From NCBI GenBank assembly GCA_023954375.1, contig JAMLIC010000006.1, positions 210,972-272,689 of the forward strand: DNA of 61,718 nucleotides, in the 5' to 3' direction. Origin of the DNA: Planctomycetota bacterium (GTDB lineage Bacteria; Planctomycetota; J058). Shown in pieces: positions 1 through 9,188 of this stretch. Made by a program: the position numbers and the translations under genes. A model generated the notes under the pieces. That model ran no database searches and had not been told where the DNA came from. It saw nothing but the letters and a program-made list of their open reading frames with translations. Position 1 is the stretch's first letter; each line of letters starts with the position of its first letter.

Positions 1-813
1 GGTGCCTGGGACCGACCGGTGCTGGTCCTCGCCACCCCGACCGGGACCGGCTGGCTGGACCCGAGCGCGATGGATACGCTCGAGATCCTGCACCGCGGGG
101 ACGTCGCCACCGTCGCGGTGCAGTACTCCTACCTGCCGAGCTGGCTGTCGCTGTTGGCCGAGGCGGAGTACGGCGCCGAGACGGCCCGCGCCATGTTCGC
201 GGCGGTCTACGGCCGCTGGACCGGGCTGCCGCGCGACCGACGCCCGCGCCTCTACCTGCACGGCCTGAGCCTGGGCGCACTCAACTCGGAGCGTTCCGCC
301 GACATCTACGACGTCATCGGCGACCCCGTGAACGGCGCGCTATGGAGCGGTCCCCCGTTCCGCAGCACGACGTGGCGAACCGTGACGGCCGGGCGTCGGC
401 CGGACTCCCCGGCCTGGCTGCCACGCTTCCGCGACGGGTCCGTCATTCGCTTCAACAACCAGACGAACGCCCTCGACCTGCCCGGCGCCCGCTGGGGGCC
501 GATGCGCATCGTCTTCCTGCAGTACGCGAGCGACCCCATCACCTTCTACGAGCCGCGCGCCGCCTTCCGACAGCCGGCGTGGCTGGACCCGCCGCGTGGC
601 CCCGATGTCTCACCGTCCCTGCGCTGGTACCCGGTGGTCACGATGCTCCAGCTCGCCGTGGACTTCGCCGCCGCCCACGAGGCGCCCATGGGCTACGGCC
701 ACGTCTACGCGCCCGAGCACTACCTGGACGCCTGGGTCGCCGTCACCGAGCCGGAGGGATGGGGTGACGACGCCCTCACGCGCCTGCGCGAGGAGCTCCG
801 CGCCCGCCGCTGA
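1..813 (+). CDS. alpha/beta-hydrolase family protein (Abhydrolase_9-like), C-terminal part; 5' end lies outside the window
   Basis: ORF 19..813 is in frame 1 and open back to position 1. It has a HGLSLGA nucleophile-elbow-like motif and GC3-rich codon usage. Confidence 0.5.
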   Translation, partial: GAWDRPVLVLATPTGTGWLDPSAMDTLEILHRGDVATVAVQYSYLPSWLSLLAEAEYGAETARAMFAAVYGRWTGLPRDRRPRLYLHGLSLGALNSERSADIYDVIGDPVNGALWSGPPFRSTTWRTVTAGRRPDSPAWLPRFRDGSVIRFNNQTNALDLPGARWGPMRIVFLQYASDPITFYEPRAAFRQPAWLDPPRGPDVSPSLRWYPVVTMLQLAVDFAAAHEAPMGYGHVYAPEHYLDAWVAVTEPEGWGDDALTRLREELRARR

Positions 814-1081
814 CCTCGGTCCTGCGGGCCCCAGGACCGTTCCGTCTCGCGGCGCATTTCCGGTCCGGCAACCGGACCGGCTGCTGGTCGTCGAGGCTGC
901 GCACCTCTACGCCACCCCGGCGGAGGCGCCGCGCCTCGCGCGCGCGCGCCCGCGCGCCAGGGCCTGACTGTCACTCTGCCGTGCCGAGCGGACTCCAGCA
1001 CCACGCCTCTGCCGCTCATGGGACGCAGAGAGCGCAGAGGAGACACAGAGTCCGCGGAGAACGGGTCCTGTTCCTGCCCCT

Positions 1082-1275
1082 CCTCTGAACTCGAGGAGAA
1101 ATCGCTGCGCGATCTCTCTCGAGCTCAGACCTGCGATGAGTGATGCGCTCGCGAGGGGGGCGCGATCGGCGCAAGGCCCGGACCATGGTGCGCGGCCCGT
1201 TCCGCGCCTCCCACACGCTGCGCTTTGGCGGGTCGAGCAACCGGCAGCGGAGAGAGGAGTTCTCAAGCTCTCTGC
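1082..1275 (+). repeat. ~195-bp intergenic repeat element, copy 1 (about 88% identical to 13308..13501)
   Basis: Direct sequence match to the second copy. Internal hairpins (gagctcgag palindrome, GAGAG/CTCTC stem). It lies 45 bp downstream of the ftsQ stop on the minus strand. Confidence 0.6.
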
Positions 1276-1319
1276 GTCCAATCAACTCGAATGAAGCCTG
1301 CTATGACAGCGACGGGCTC

Positions 1320-2330
1320 CTATCGCCCGCCCCTCGCGAGCGCGTCCCTCATCGCAGGCACGCTGCCGGCCAGCGGCGCCTTCAGGACGTAGGTCACCTC
1401 GTCCCAGCGGACGGAGACGCGCTCGACCGTCGCGAGGTCGGGGCCGCCCTCGAGGAAGCGGCGCAGGGCGGCGAGCTTGGCCGCGCCGTCGAGGCGCGGC
1501 AGGCCGGCGCGGATCGTCCGCGGCTCGGCGTCGTCGCCCGGGCCCGGCGGGCGGCCCCAGTCGACGCGCGGGCCCTGGACGAGGTGCAGGACGACCTCGC
1601 TCTCGCGGGGGTCGCGCGCGCCGTCGAGGTTCGACAGGTCGAGCGCCTTCACGTGCGGCCGGAGGGCGCCGAGCTCGCGCAGGAGCGCGTTGGCGGCCGC
1701 GAGGGCGCGGAGGCGGCCCTCGCCCGAGGCCGGGGCGCCGAGGACGGCCGGGAGGTCGTCGGGCCGCGCCGCGTAGGCCAGCGGGACGAGCGCGCCGTCG
1801 GCGGTGAGGACCTCATCTCCGCCGCGGCTGGCGATGCGCGCCACCGGCTCTCTCGCGAGGAGGGCGAAGCTCAGCCGGCCCTTCGCGTCGAGGCGCACGG
1901 CCTCGACCTCCTTCACCCAGGGGAGGCCGGCCAGGCAGGCGGCGGTGAACGGCACGAGCTGCGGGTCGAAGGCGTTGGGGCGCGGCGGGAGCGGCAGGCG
2001 CTCGAGGTCGCGGCGCGCCCGGGGCGAGAGGGCGTCGGGCAGCGGCGTGAGCTGCAGGGCGGCGCGGTCGACCTGGAAGCGCGGCCAGGCCTCGACGCGC
2101 GCGCGCGCGGCCTCGGACGCGCCCGCGACGCCGGCGCCGAGCGCGCCGAGGAGGGCGAGGCGGCGCACGTCGGGGCTGGCGGCGGCCTGCCGCGCGGCCG
2201 AGAGGGCGAGGGCGCCGCCGGCGCGGAGCGCCTGCAGCAGCAGGGCGCCGACGCCGGGGGCCGTCGGGGGCGGCGAGGCGCCGGGCTTCTGCGCCGGGGC
2301 GCGGCGCGAGGTCGCGCGGCGGGCCGTCAC
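1320..2330 (-). CDS. ftsQ: cell division protein FtsQ (POTRA domain)
   Basis: The C-terminal two-thirds of ORF 1320..2804 resembles FtsQ/DivIB. A GTG start at 2328-2330 overlaps the ddl stop as GTGA. The N-terminal part of the long ORF is a GC artefact. Confidence 0.7.
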   Translation of the reverse strand: MTARRATSRRAPAQKPGASPPPTAPGVGALLLQALRAGGALALSAARQAAASPDVRRLALLGALGAGVAGASEAARARVEAWPRFQVDRAALQLTPLPDALSPRARRDLERLPLPPRPNAFDPQLVPFTAACLAGLPWVKEVEAVRLDAKGRLSFALLAREPVARIASRGGDEVLTADGALVPLAYAARPDDLPAVLGAPASGEGRLRALAAANALLRELGALRPHVKALDLSNLDGARDPRESEVVLHLVQGPRVDWGRPPGPGDDAEPRTIRAGLPRLDGAAKLAALRRFLEGGPDLATVERVSVRWDEVTYVLKAPLAGSVPAMRDALARGGR

Positions 2331-3328
2331 CTGACGCCGCTCCGGATCGCCAGGCGGCAGATCCGCTCGACGAGGCGCGGGAAGCTCAGGCCGGCGGCCG
2401 CCGCGCCCTTGGGGAGGAGGCTCGTCGCCGTCATGCCCGGGATCGTGTTCACCTCGAGGGCCGCGAGGCGGTCGCGCGAGGGGTCGTAGCGGAAGTCGAC
2501 GCGCGAGAGGTCGCTCAGGCCGAGCGCGTCGTGGGCGACGAGCGCCAGGCGGCGCACCTCGGCGCGCACGGCGGCGGGGATCGCCTCGGGCTCGACCCCG
2601 TAGCGCGTGCCGGCGGTCGGGTCGTACTTGGCGCGGTAGTCGTAGGTGCCCCCGGCCGGCACGGGCTCGACGACCGGCAGCGCCTCGCGGCCGAGGACGC
2701 CGCAGGTGAGCTCGTGGCCGGGGACGAACTCCTCGACGAGCTGCGGCTGGGCGAAGCGGGCGTTCTCCTCCAGCGCCCGGCGCACCTGCTGGCGGTCGCG
2801 GCACACGACGACGCCCACGCTCGAGCCCATGCGCGCGGGCTTCACGACGACCGGGTAGGCCGGCACGAGGCGCAGGACGTGGCGCAGGTCGCGCGGGCCG
2901 AAGGGGAAGGGCAGGACGCGGTCGGGCGCGACCGGGACGCCGGCGCGGGACAGGAGCCGCTTCGTGCGCAGCTTGTCGTAGGCGCGGGCGCTCGCCTCGG
3001 GGCCGGAGCCCGTGTAGACGAGGCCGCGCTCGGCGAGCGCCCGCTGCACGCGTCCGTCCTCGCCGTAGTCGCCGTGCAGCGCGATGAACACGGCGTCGAG
3101 GCCGCGCGGGAGCGCGTCGAGCGCCTCGTCGCGGTCGCCCTCGAGCACCCAGCCCTCGGCGCGATGACCGCCCTCGGTCAGCGCGTCGGTGACGGCGCGG
3201 CCGGTGCGGAGGGAGACCTCGCGCTCGTGGCCGACGCCGCCCATGAGGACGGCGACGTGGAGGCGCGCGGGGCCGTCGTCCTGCGGCGCGGGGCGAGGAC
3301 GGCGGCGGTGGCTGCTGGTGGCGAGCAT
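2327..3328 (-). CDS. ddl: D-alanine--D-alanine ligase
   Basis: The C-terminal 334 aa of ORF 2327..5206 (MLATSS...HVAVLMGG...EVNTIPGMT) are typical Ddl ATP-grasp motifs. ATG at 3326-3328. Confidence 0.9.
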   Translation of the reverse strand: MLATSSHRRRPRPAPQDDGPARLHVAVLMGGVGHEREVSLRTGRAVTDALTEGGHRAEGWVLEGDRDEALDALPRGLDAVFIALHGDYGEDGRVQRALAERGLVYTGSGPEASARAYDKLRTKRLLSRAGVPVAPDRVLPFPFGPRDLRHVLRLVPAYPVVVKPARMGSSVGVVVCRDRQQVRRALEENARFAQPQLVEEFVPGHELTCGVLGREALPVVEPVPAGGTYDYRAKYDPTAGTRYGVEPEAIPAAVRAEVRRLALVAHDALGLSDLSRVDFRYDPSRDRLAALEVNTIPGMTATSLLPKGAAAAGLSFPRLVERICRLAIRSGVR

Positions 3329-3372
3329 GGTGACTCCTCTATCGGCTCGTGGCGCGCGCGGGTCGCAGCGCC

Positions 3373-5808
3373 CTACGCCACGAGCCGGACCTCGGCCTCG
3401 AGCACGACGCCGCGCGCCTCGCGGACGCGGCGCCGCACCTCGCAGGCGAGGGCCAGGACGTCGTCGACGGTGGCGTCGCCGTCGTTGACGATGAAGTTGG
3501 CGTGCACGGGCGAGACGCGGGCGCCGCCGCGCGAGAGGCCCTTGAGGCCGCAGGCGTCGATCAGGCGGCCCGCGCTGTCGCCGGGCGGGTTCTTGAAGAA
3601 GCAGCCGGCGCTGCGCGCGTCGAGCGGCTGGATCGCGGCCTTGCGGCGCAGGGCCTCCTGGCGCGCGGCCTTGAGGGCGTCGCGGTCGCCGCGCTCGAGC
3701 TCGAGCTCGACCGCGAGCACGTAGGCGCCGTCGAGGTCGGCGCCGCGGTAGCGGAGGCCGAGCGCCGCGCGCGGGAGCCAGCGGGCGACGCCGTCGCGGC
3801 CGAGGGCGCGGACGCGCCGCACGCGGTCGCCGATCGCCCCGGCCCCGGCCGGCCCGCCGGCGTTGCCGGCCAGCGCGCCGCCGATCGTGCCCGGGATCCC
3901 GGCGAAGCGCTCGAGGCCGGCGAGGCCGTGGCGCTCGGCCAGGCGGATCAGGCCCGGGAGCGGCTCGCCCGCGGCGGCGCGCACGACGGGGCCCAGGACC
4001 TCGGCCCCGCGCAGGGCCCGGCAGGAGATCACGGCCGCGTCGACGAGCGGGCTGGCGAAGAGGACGTTCGAGCCGCCGCCGAGCGGCACGACCGGCACGC
4101 CGTGGGCCTGGAGGGCGCGCAGGACGCGCACGGCCTCGGCCTGGGTGCGCGGCTCGGCGAAGAAGCGCGCCCGCCCGCCGGCCTTGATCGTCGTGCGCGG
4201 GCCGAGCGGCTCGCCCGTGCGCACGAGGCCGGGCAGCGCCTCGAGGACCCGCGCCTCGAGCCCCTCGCCGCCGCGGCGGAAGCGGCCGCTGGCCACCTTG
4301 GCCAGCGGGGGGAGCGGCTCGTCGCTGCGGCGCGCCAGGCGCTCGAGGGCCCGGTGCGCGGCGCCGCTGATCCGGCCGGCGCCCATGAACAGGGCCACGT
4401 CGCCCTTCTGCAGCAGGCGCACGGCCGTGCCGATCAGGGCGTCGGGGTCGCCGCCGGGGACGGCCTGCGTCCCGGGTGCGCGGGCGCGCACGGCGCGGGC
4501 GAGGGCGGCCGCGGTGACCGTGCGCACGTCGTCGGGGCGATCGCGGCAGGTGTAGACGTCGGCCACGACGACGCGGTCGGCGCGGGCCAGGGCGTCGACG
4601 AAGCCGTCCCAGTGCTCGCGCGTGCGGCTGGCCTGGTGCGGCTCGAACAGCGCCACGACGCGCCGGCCCGGGTGGCGGGCGCGGGCGGCGTCGATCACGG
4701 CGCGGAGCGCCGTCGGGTGGTGGGCGTAGTCGTCGACGACGAGGACGCCGCCCGGCTCGCCGAGCACGTCGTAGCGGCGGCGGACGCCCGTGAAGCCCTC
4801 GACCGTGGCGGCGGCCTGCTCGGGGGCGACGCCCGCGCACACGGCGGCGGCGATCGCGGCCAGCGCGTTGGCGACGTTGTGGGCGCCCGGGACCGAGAGG
4901 CGGACGCGCGCGCGCGGCCGGCCGTCGAGGGCGAGCGTGAAGCGGCCGAGGCCGTCGTCGTAGGTGACGTCGCGCGCGGCGAGGCGCGCCTCGCCGCCGA
5001 CCGAGAAGGTCATGACGGTCACGTCGGGGCGGGCGTGGCGCACGGTCTCGGCCACGCGCAGCGCGGCCGGCCAGTCGGCCGAGGCGACGAGCGCGCCGCC
5101 CTCCTGCACGCCCGCGGCGAACTCGACGAAGGCAGAGACGATCTCGTCGAGGCCGCCCTGGTAGCAGTCGAGGTGGTCCTCCTCGACGTTGAGGACGACG
5201 GCGCACGCGGGCCGGTAGTGCTTGAACGAGCGGTCGTACTCGCAGGCCTCGAGCACGAGCTCCGGCCCCTGGCCGAGCGCGGCGTTGGCCGGCAGGTCCT
5301 TGGGGGCGCCGCCCACGAGCCAGCTCGGGTCGCGGCCGCAGGCGCGCAGGACGTGCGCCGTGAGCGCCGTCGTCGTCGTCTTGCCGTGGGTGCCGGCGAT
5401 CGCCACGCCGCGCCGGGCGGCGACGAGCGCGCCGAGCGCCTCGGCGTACTTGACCACCGGCACGCCGCGGCCGATCGCGGCCACGAGCTCGGGGTGGTCG
5501 GGCGGCAGCGCCGCCGTCGCGACGAACAGGTCGGCGTCGGCCGGGAGGTTCGCGGCCTCCTGCCCGTAGCGCACCTCGATCCCGGCCGCCTCGACGGCCT
5601 CCGAGAGCGGCCCGCGCGCCTGGTCGGAGCCCAGGACGCGGTGCCCCAGCCCGGCGATCAGGCGCGCCAGGCCGGAGAGGCCGGTGCCGCCGATCCCCGA
5701 GCAGAAGACGACGAGCGGGGCGTCGCCGGCCGGCCGCGCCATGCGCCCGAGCAGCGCGCGCCGACGCGACAGCGTCCCCGAGACCGCCAGGCCAGCGTCC
5801 ACGGTCAT
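3373..5808 (-). CDS. murC/murB: UDP-N-acetylmuramate--L-alanine ligase (MurC) fused in frame to UDP-N-acetylenolpyruvoylglucosamine reductase (MurB); 811 aa with no stop between the domains
   Basis: N-terminal MurC motifs (GIGGTGLSGLA, GTHGKTTTT, DDYAHHP) and C-terminal MurB motifs (GPRTTIKAGGRARFF, GGGSNVLF, SAGCFFKNP) share one open frame. The start may instead be the ATG at 5742. Confidence 0.85.
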   Translation of the reverse strand: MTVDAGLAVSGTLSRRRALLGRMARPAGDAPLVVFCSGIGGTGLSGLARLIAGLGHRVLGSDQARGPLSEAVEAAGIEVRYGQEAANLPADADLFVATAALPPDHPELVAAIGRGVPVVKYAEALGALVAARRGVAIAGTHGKTTTTALTAHVLRACGRDPSWLVGGAPKDLPANAALGQGPELVLEACEYDRSFKHYRPACAVVLNVEEDHLDCYQGGLDEIVSAFVEFAAGVQEGGALVASADWPAALRVAETVRHARPDVTVMTFSVGGEARLAARDVTYDDGLGRFTLALDGRPRARVRLSVPGAHNVANALAAIAAAVCAGVAPEQAAATVEGFTGVRRRYDVLGEPGGVLVVDDYAHHPTALRAVIDAARARHPGRRVVALFEPHQASRTREHWDGFVDALARADRVVVADVYTCRDRPDDVRTVTAAALARAVRARAPGTQAVPGGDPDALIGTAVRLLQKGDVALFMGAGRISGAAHRALERLARRSDEPLPPLAKVASGRFRRGGEGLEARVLEALPGLVRTGEPLGPRTTIKAGGRARFFAEPRTQAEAVRVLRALQAHGVPVVPLGGGSNVLFASPLVDAAVISCRALRGAEVLGPVVRAAAGEPLPGLIRLAERHGLAGLERFAGIPGTIGGALAGNAGGPAGAGAIGDRVRRVRALGRDGVARWLPRAALGLRYRGADLDGAYVLAVELELERGDRDALKAARQEALRRKAAIQPLDARSAGCFFKNPPGDSAGRLIDACGLKGLSRGGARVSPVHANFIVNDGDATVDDVLALACEVRRRVREARGVVLEAEVRLVA

Positions 5809-5909
5809 CTCCGACCGCCCCCCCGCGGAGCCGACCCGGGCGCCCCGACGGTCCGGCGGCGGTCTCCAGGGGAGTTATCGGTCGGGGTGGGGGGGTGGCC
5901 GTAGCGCGG

Positions 5910-7226
5910 TCAGCGCGGCGGGTCGTCCCAGCCGTCGCCCCAGTCGTCGCCCCACTCGTCCGGTGTCCGGCGCGGGGGGGGGCCGCGCCTCAGGTCGTCG
6001 GGCAGCAGCGCCTCGACCATCCGGGTGGACGGGTGGAGGGGCGCCCAGGTGACGAGCAGGCGGCGGGCGGCCTCGGCGTCGGCCTCGACGTCGCCCGAGA
6101 TGCTCCGCTCGACGCGCCGCGCGACCTCGGGGGCCGCGGCCTCGATGACGGCGTGGACCTCCGGGCTCAGCGCCGGGTCGGCGGCGCGGGCGGCGCCGAG
6201 CCAGGCGAGCGCGGCGCCGTCGTCGCCGGCGGCGAGGGCGTCGAGGCCGGCGCGGAGGCGCGCACCTGGGTCGCGTGTCGCGTCGACGTCCACCAGGAGG
6301 GCCGTCAGCGCGCGGGCGCGCATCGCGAAGGCGTGCTGGTTCATCAGGTCGGACCCGACGCGCTGGAGCGCCTCGCGCGCGCCGGTCGCGTCGCCTGCGG
6401 CGAGCCGCGCGCGGGCGAGGGCGTCGAGCGCGAGGACCTCGCGCCAGCGCCGGACCTCGTCCGACAGCGTCGGCCCGCGGTGCGGCCCGCGGGCCTGCGC
6501 GGGCAAGAAGGCCTCGAGGAGCGGGAGCCCCCAGGGCTGACCCCGCTGCAGGGCGGTCCGGCCCTTGCGGAGCTGCCGGTCGGCGGCGATCCAATCCACG
6601 TACGCTCGCGCTTCGCGGGCCAGGCGGGTGGTCGGGTCCACCTGCCGGAAGAGCGCCTCGGCCCGGTCGAGGTCGCTCCGGATGCCGACGAGGTCCGCCG
6701 CCTCGTTGTACAGGCGCTCGGCCTCGAGCTCGCGCCGGCACCGCGCCTCGAGCGCCGCGAGCGTCGGCGCGTCGAGCGCCCCGCGGTGGCTGGCGAGCGC
6801 GTCGAGGGCCTCCTGCCAGGCGCTCCGGGCGATGAGGGCCTGGACCTGCGCCTCCTCCTCACGGGCGACCGCGGCCGCGCGCGAGCGCTCCTCGGCGGCG
6901 GGTTTCCACGCGACGAAGAGCGTGGCAACGACGAGCAGCAGGAACGCGAGCAGGACGCCGACGGTGCCGAGCCACCGGGTCTGGCGCGGCGGCGTCATGG
7001 CCTCGGTCCGGCCGCACGCGCCGCAGCGCCCCCCTTCGCGCCAGCAGGCCGCGTGGTGCCGGGCGAGGCAGCCCGTACAGGCGACCCAGCCGGCGGCTTC
7101 GACGGCGACCTCGTCGTGACAGAACGGGCAGCGCACGGGCGAGGTCGCCGCGCGGACGTCGTCGCGCGGGGCGACCTCGGGCGGCGGCGCGGGTCGCGCG
7201 AGCGGCTTGTCCTTCGCCTGCTCCAC
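5910..7226 (-). CDS. zinc-ribbon membrane protein with TPR-like periplasmic region, paralog A
   Basis: CPFCHDEVAV...ACTGC...HHAACW zinc ribbon, one TM helix and an Ala/Arg-rich helical C-terminus. Likely GTG start near 7226. The upstream part of the 663-aa ORF is a GC artefact. Confidence 0.55.
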   Translation of the reverse strand: MEQAKDKPLARPAPPPEVAPRDDVRAATSPVRCPFCHDEVAVEAAGWVACTGCLARHHAACWREGGRCGACGRTEAMTPPRQTRWLGTVGVLLAFLLLVVATLFVAWKPAAEERSRAAAVAREEEAQVQALIARSAWQEALDALASHRGALDAPTLAALEARCRRELEAERLYNEAADLVGIRSDLDRAEALFRQVDPTTRLAREARAYVDWIAADRQLRKGRTALQRGQPWGLPLLEAFLPAQARGPHRGPTLSDEVRRWREVLALDALARARLAAGDATGAREALQRVGSDLMNQHAFAMRARALTALLVDVDATRDPGARLRAGLDALAAGDDGAALAWLGAARAADPALSPEVHAVIEAAAPEVARRVERSISGDVEADAEAARRLLVTWAPLHPSTRMVEALLPDDLRRGPPPRRTPDEWGDDWGDGWDDPPR

Positions 7227-7240
7227 GCGAGGAGCGTAGC

Positions 7241-8545
7241 TCAGGGCGGGAGGTCGTCCCAGGAGGGACCCCACACCGGGTCGGGCGCCGGAGGCGGCAA
7301 CCAGGCGGCCCGCATGGCGCGCCAGGCCGACACGTCCACCGGCTTCACCACGTGCGATCGGCTGACGAACACGGGAGGCGACCTCCAGGCGCGGGCGCGG
7401 GCCCCGGGGAGGGCCTGCTCGAGCGCCGCACGGACGTGCGGCTCGAGCCGCGGGTCGGCCGCCAGCGCGGCGCCGAACCACGCCAGCGCCGCGCCGTCGT
7501 CCAGGGCGGCGAGCGCCGTGAGGCCGGCCTGGAGGCGGTCCGTGGGCGCCTCCGTGGTCGCGACGTCGTCGAGCACGGCGAGCAGCGCCTGCGCGCGGGC
7601 CTGGAGGGGGCGCGCGTGGTACTCCGCCAGGAGGGCCTGGAGCGACTCGCGCGCGCCGGCGAGGTCGCCGCGGACCAGGCGCTCGCGCGCCGCTGCGTCG
7701 AGGTCGAAGGACCGGCGCCAGGCTCGCCGGCGGGCGTCGATCGACGCCCGCGCCTCGGGGCCGAGCACGTGGTCGCCCAGGCGCTCCGCTTCGTCGAGGA
7801 GATCGAAGGCGCGGCGGTCGCCCTCCTCGTAGGCGCGCTGGGCCGCGCGCACCTGGCGGTCGGCGTCGTTCCAGGCGAGGTAGGCCTGCGCCTCGGGCCA
7901 CCGGCGCGAGCGGCGGTCGATCCGGCGCAGGGTGGCCTCGATCTGATCGGGGTTCGGGTCCCCGCGACCGCCGGTCCGGTCAATGACGCTGTTGTACAGG
8001 CGCTCGGCCTCCTCCTCGCGCGCGCACTCCTCCTCGAGCGCGGTGACGGCGTCGGCGTCGGCGAGCGGCGCGACCTCGGCGAGCCTGGCCCGGGCCGCGG
8101 TCCACTGGCCCTCCTTCAGCAGCGCGCGCACGCTCGTCAGCGGGTCGGGCTCGCCGGGCCGGGCGGCCGGTGCGGGCGCGGCGACCACCCCGTCCTCGCG
8201 AGGCCGCTCGCGCCGCTGGTCGCCGGTCCACCACGTCGCCAGGAGGCCGAGGCTGGTGGCGGCCGTGACCCCGGCCAGCCGGCGCCGCGCGGCGGCGCGC
8301 CGCCCCGGCGGCGACATCACCTCGGCGCGCCCGCACGCGCCGCAGCAGCCAGCTTCGCGCCAGCACGCCGCGTGGTGTCGCGCGAGGCAGGCCACGCAGG
8401 CGACCCAGCCGGGAGCGTCGACGGCCACCTGGTCGTGGCAGAACGGGCAGCGCACCGGCGAGGTCGCCGCGCGCACGTCGTCGCGCGGAACTGCGTGCGC
8501 TGCCGGTCCGGGTCCCGGTTTGTCCGGGCAGGCGTCGTCCACGAC
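7241..8545 (-). CDS. zinc-ribbon membrane protein with TPR-like periplasmic region, paralog B
   Basis: Same architecture as paralog A. The segment PRDDVRAATSPVRCPFCHD is identical in both. Likely GTG start near 8545. Confidence 0.55.
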   Translation of the reverse strand, partial: VVDDACPDKPGPGPAAHAVPRDDVRAATSPVRCPFCHDQVAVDAPGWVACVACLARHHAACWREAGCCGACGRAEVMSPPGRRAAARRRLAGVTAATSLGLLATWWTGDQRRERPREDGVVAAPAPAARPGEPDPLTSVRALLKEGQWTAARARLAEVAPLADADAVTALEEECAREEEAERLYNSVIDRTGGRGDPNPDQIEATLRRIDRRSRRWPEAQAYLAWNDADRQVRAAQRAYEEGDRRAFDLLDEAERLGDHVLGPEARASIDARRRAWRRSFDLDAAARERLVRGDLAGARESLQALLAEYHARPLQARAQALLAVLDDVATTEAPTDRLQAGLTALAALDDGAALAWFGAALAADPRLEPHVRAALEQALPGARARAWRSPPVFVSRSHVVKPVDVSAWRAMRAAWLPPPAPDPVWGPSWDDLPP

Positions 8546-8571
8546 GCCACGATGCCCGCGCGCGGGTGCGG

Positions 8572-9136
8572 CTACAAGGGCGCGAACAGCGCCGCGAGGT
8601 CGACCTCGAGGTCGAGCGACGGCTCGCGCAAGACGTCCGGCGGCGCGACGACGACGCCGCGCTGCGCGCCGGGGCGGAACACCTCCACGTGCGGACCCTT
8701 GGGGTCGACGGCCCAGTAGAGGACGCCCGTGCGCGCGTAGAGCCGCCGCTTGACCGTGAGGTCGCGTCGGCGAGTCGAGGGCGAGAGCACCTCGACCACG
8801 AGGTCGGGCGGGCCCAGGATCGCGTGCTCCTCGACGATCTGGCGCCGCTCGGCGCGGACGTAGACGACGTCCGGCTCGACCACGTCGCGCTCGCCCAGGA
8901 CCACGTTCGGGTCGGTCCACACGCGACCCAGCCCGCGGTCCTCGAGGGCGAGCAGCGCGCGCAGGAGTCGCTTCACCAGCTCCTGATGCCACATCCAGGG
9001 GCTCGGGCTCACGACCAGGACCCCGCCGAGCAGCTCCCAGCGCCGCACGTCGGGGGGCGTGACCCGGAAGTAGTCGTCCGCGGTGAGGTGGTCCGGCTGG
9101 TCCTGCATCGGTCCCCGTCGCTCATGGATCATAGCT
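8572..9136 (-). CDS. Uma2-family (DUF820) putative endonuclease
   Basis: The C-terminal 188 aa of ORF 8572..9675 (MIHERR...PDVVYV...VEVLSPST) match the Uma2/DUF820 fold. ATG at 9134-9136. Confidence 0.65.
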
Positions 9137-9188
9137 CGCCTCCCGGGGCACGAACAGGACGCTAACGCGCGAGGCCGACGCTCTGGGG

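Noticed and set aside
720-1046. 108-aa minus-strand ORF next to repeat copy 1
   Set aside because: Arg-rich low-complexity sequence overlapping the 3' end of the hydrolase gene. It is not mirrored at repeat copy 2.
2327-5206. 959-aa minus-strand ORF extending ddl far upstream, Arg/Pro/Gly-rich
   Set aside because: Only the last 334 aa look like a protein (Ddl). The extension is low-complexity translation of the murB/murC opposite frame and is typical of stop-poor high-GC DNA.
3349-5904. 851-aa plus-strand ORF antisense to murC-murB
   Set aside because: Low-complexity Ala/Arg/Gly composition with no motifs. It mirrors a real gene on the other strand.
5895-7832. 645-aa plus-strand ORF and several other 150-250-aa ORFs across the zinc-ribbon paralogs
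   Set aside because: Arg/Ala/Pro-rich junk antisense to protein-like minus-strand genes.
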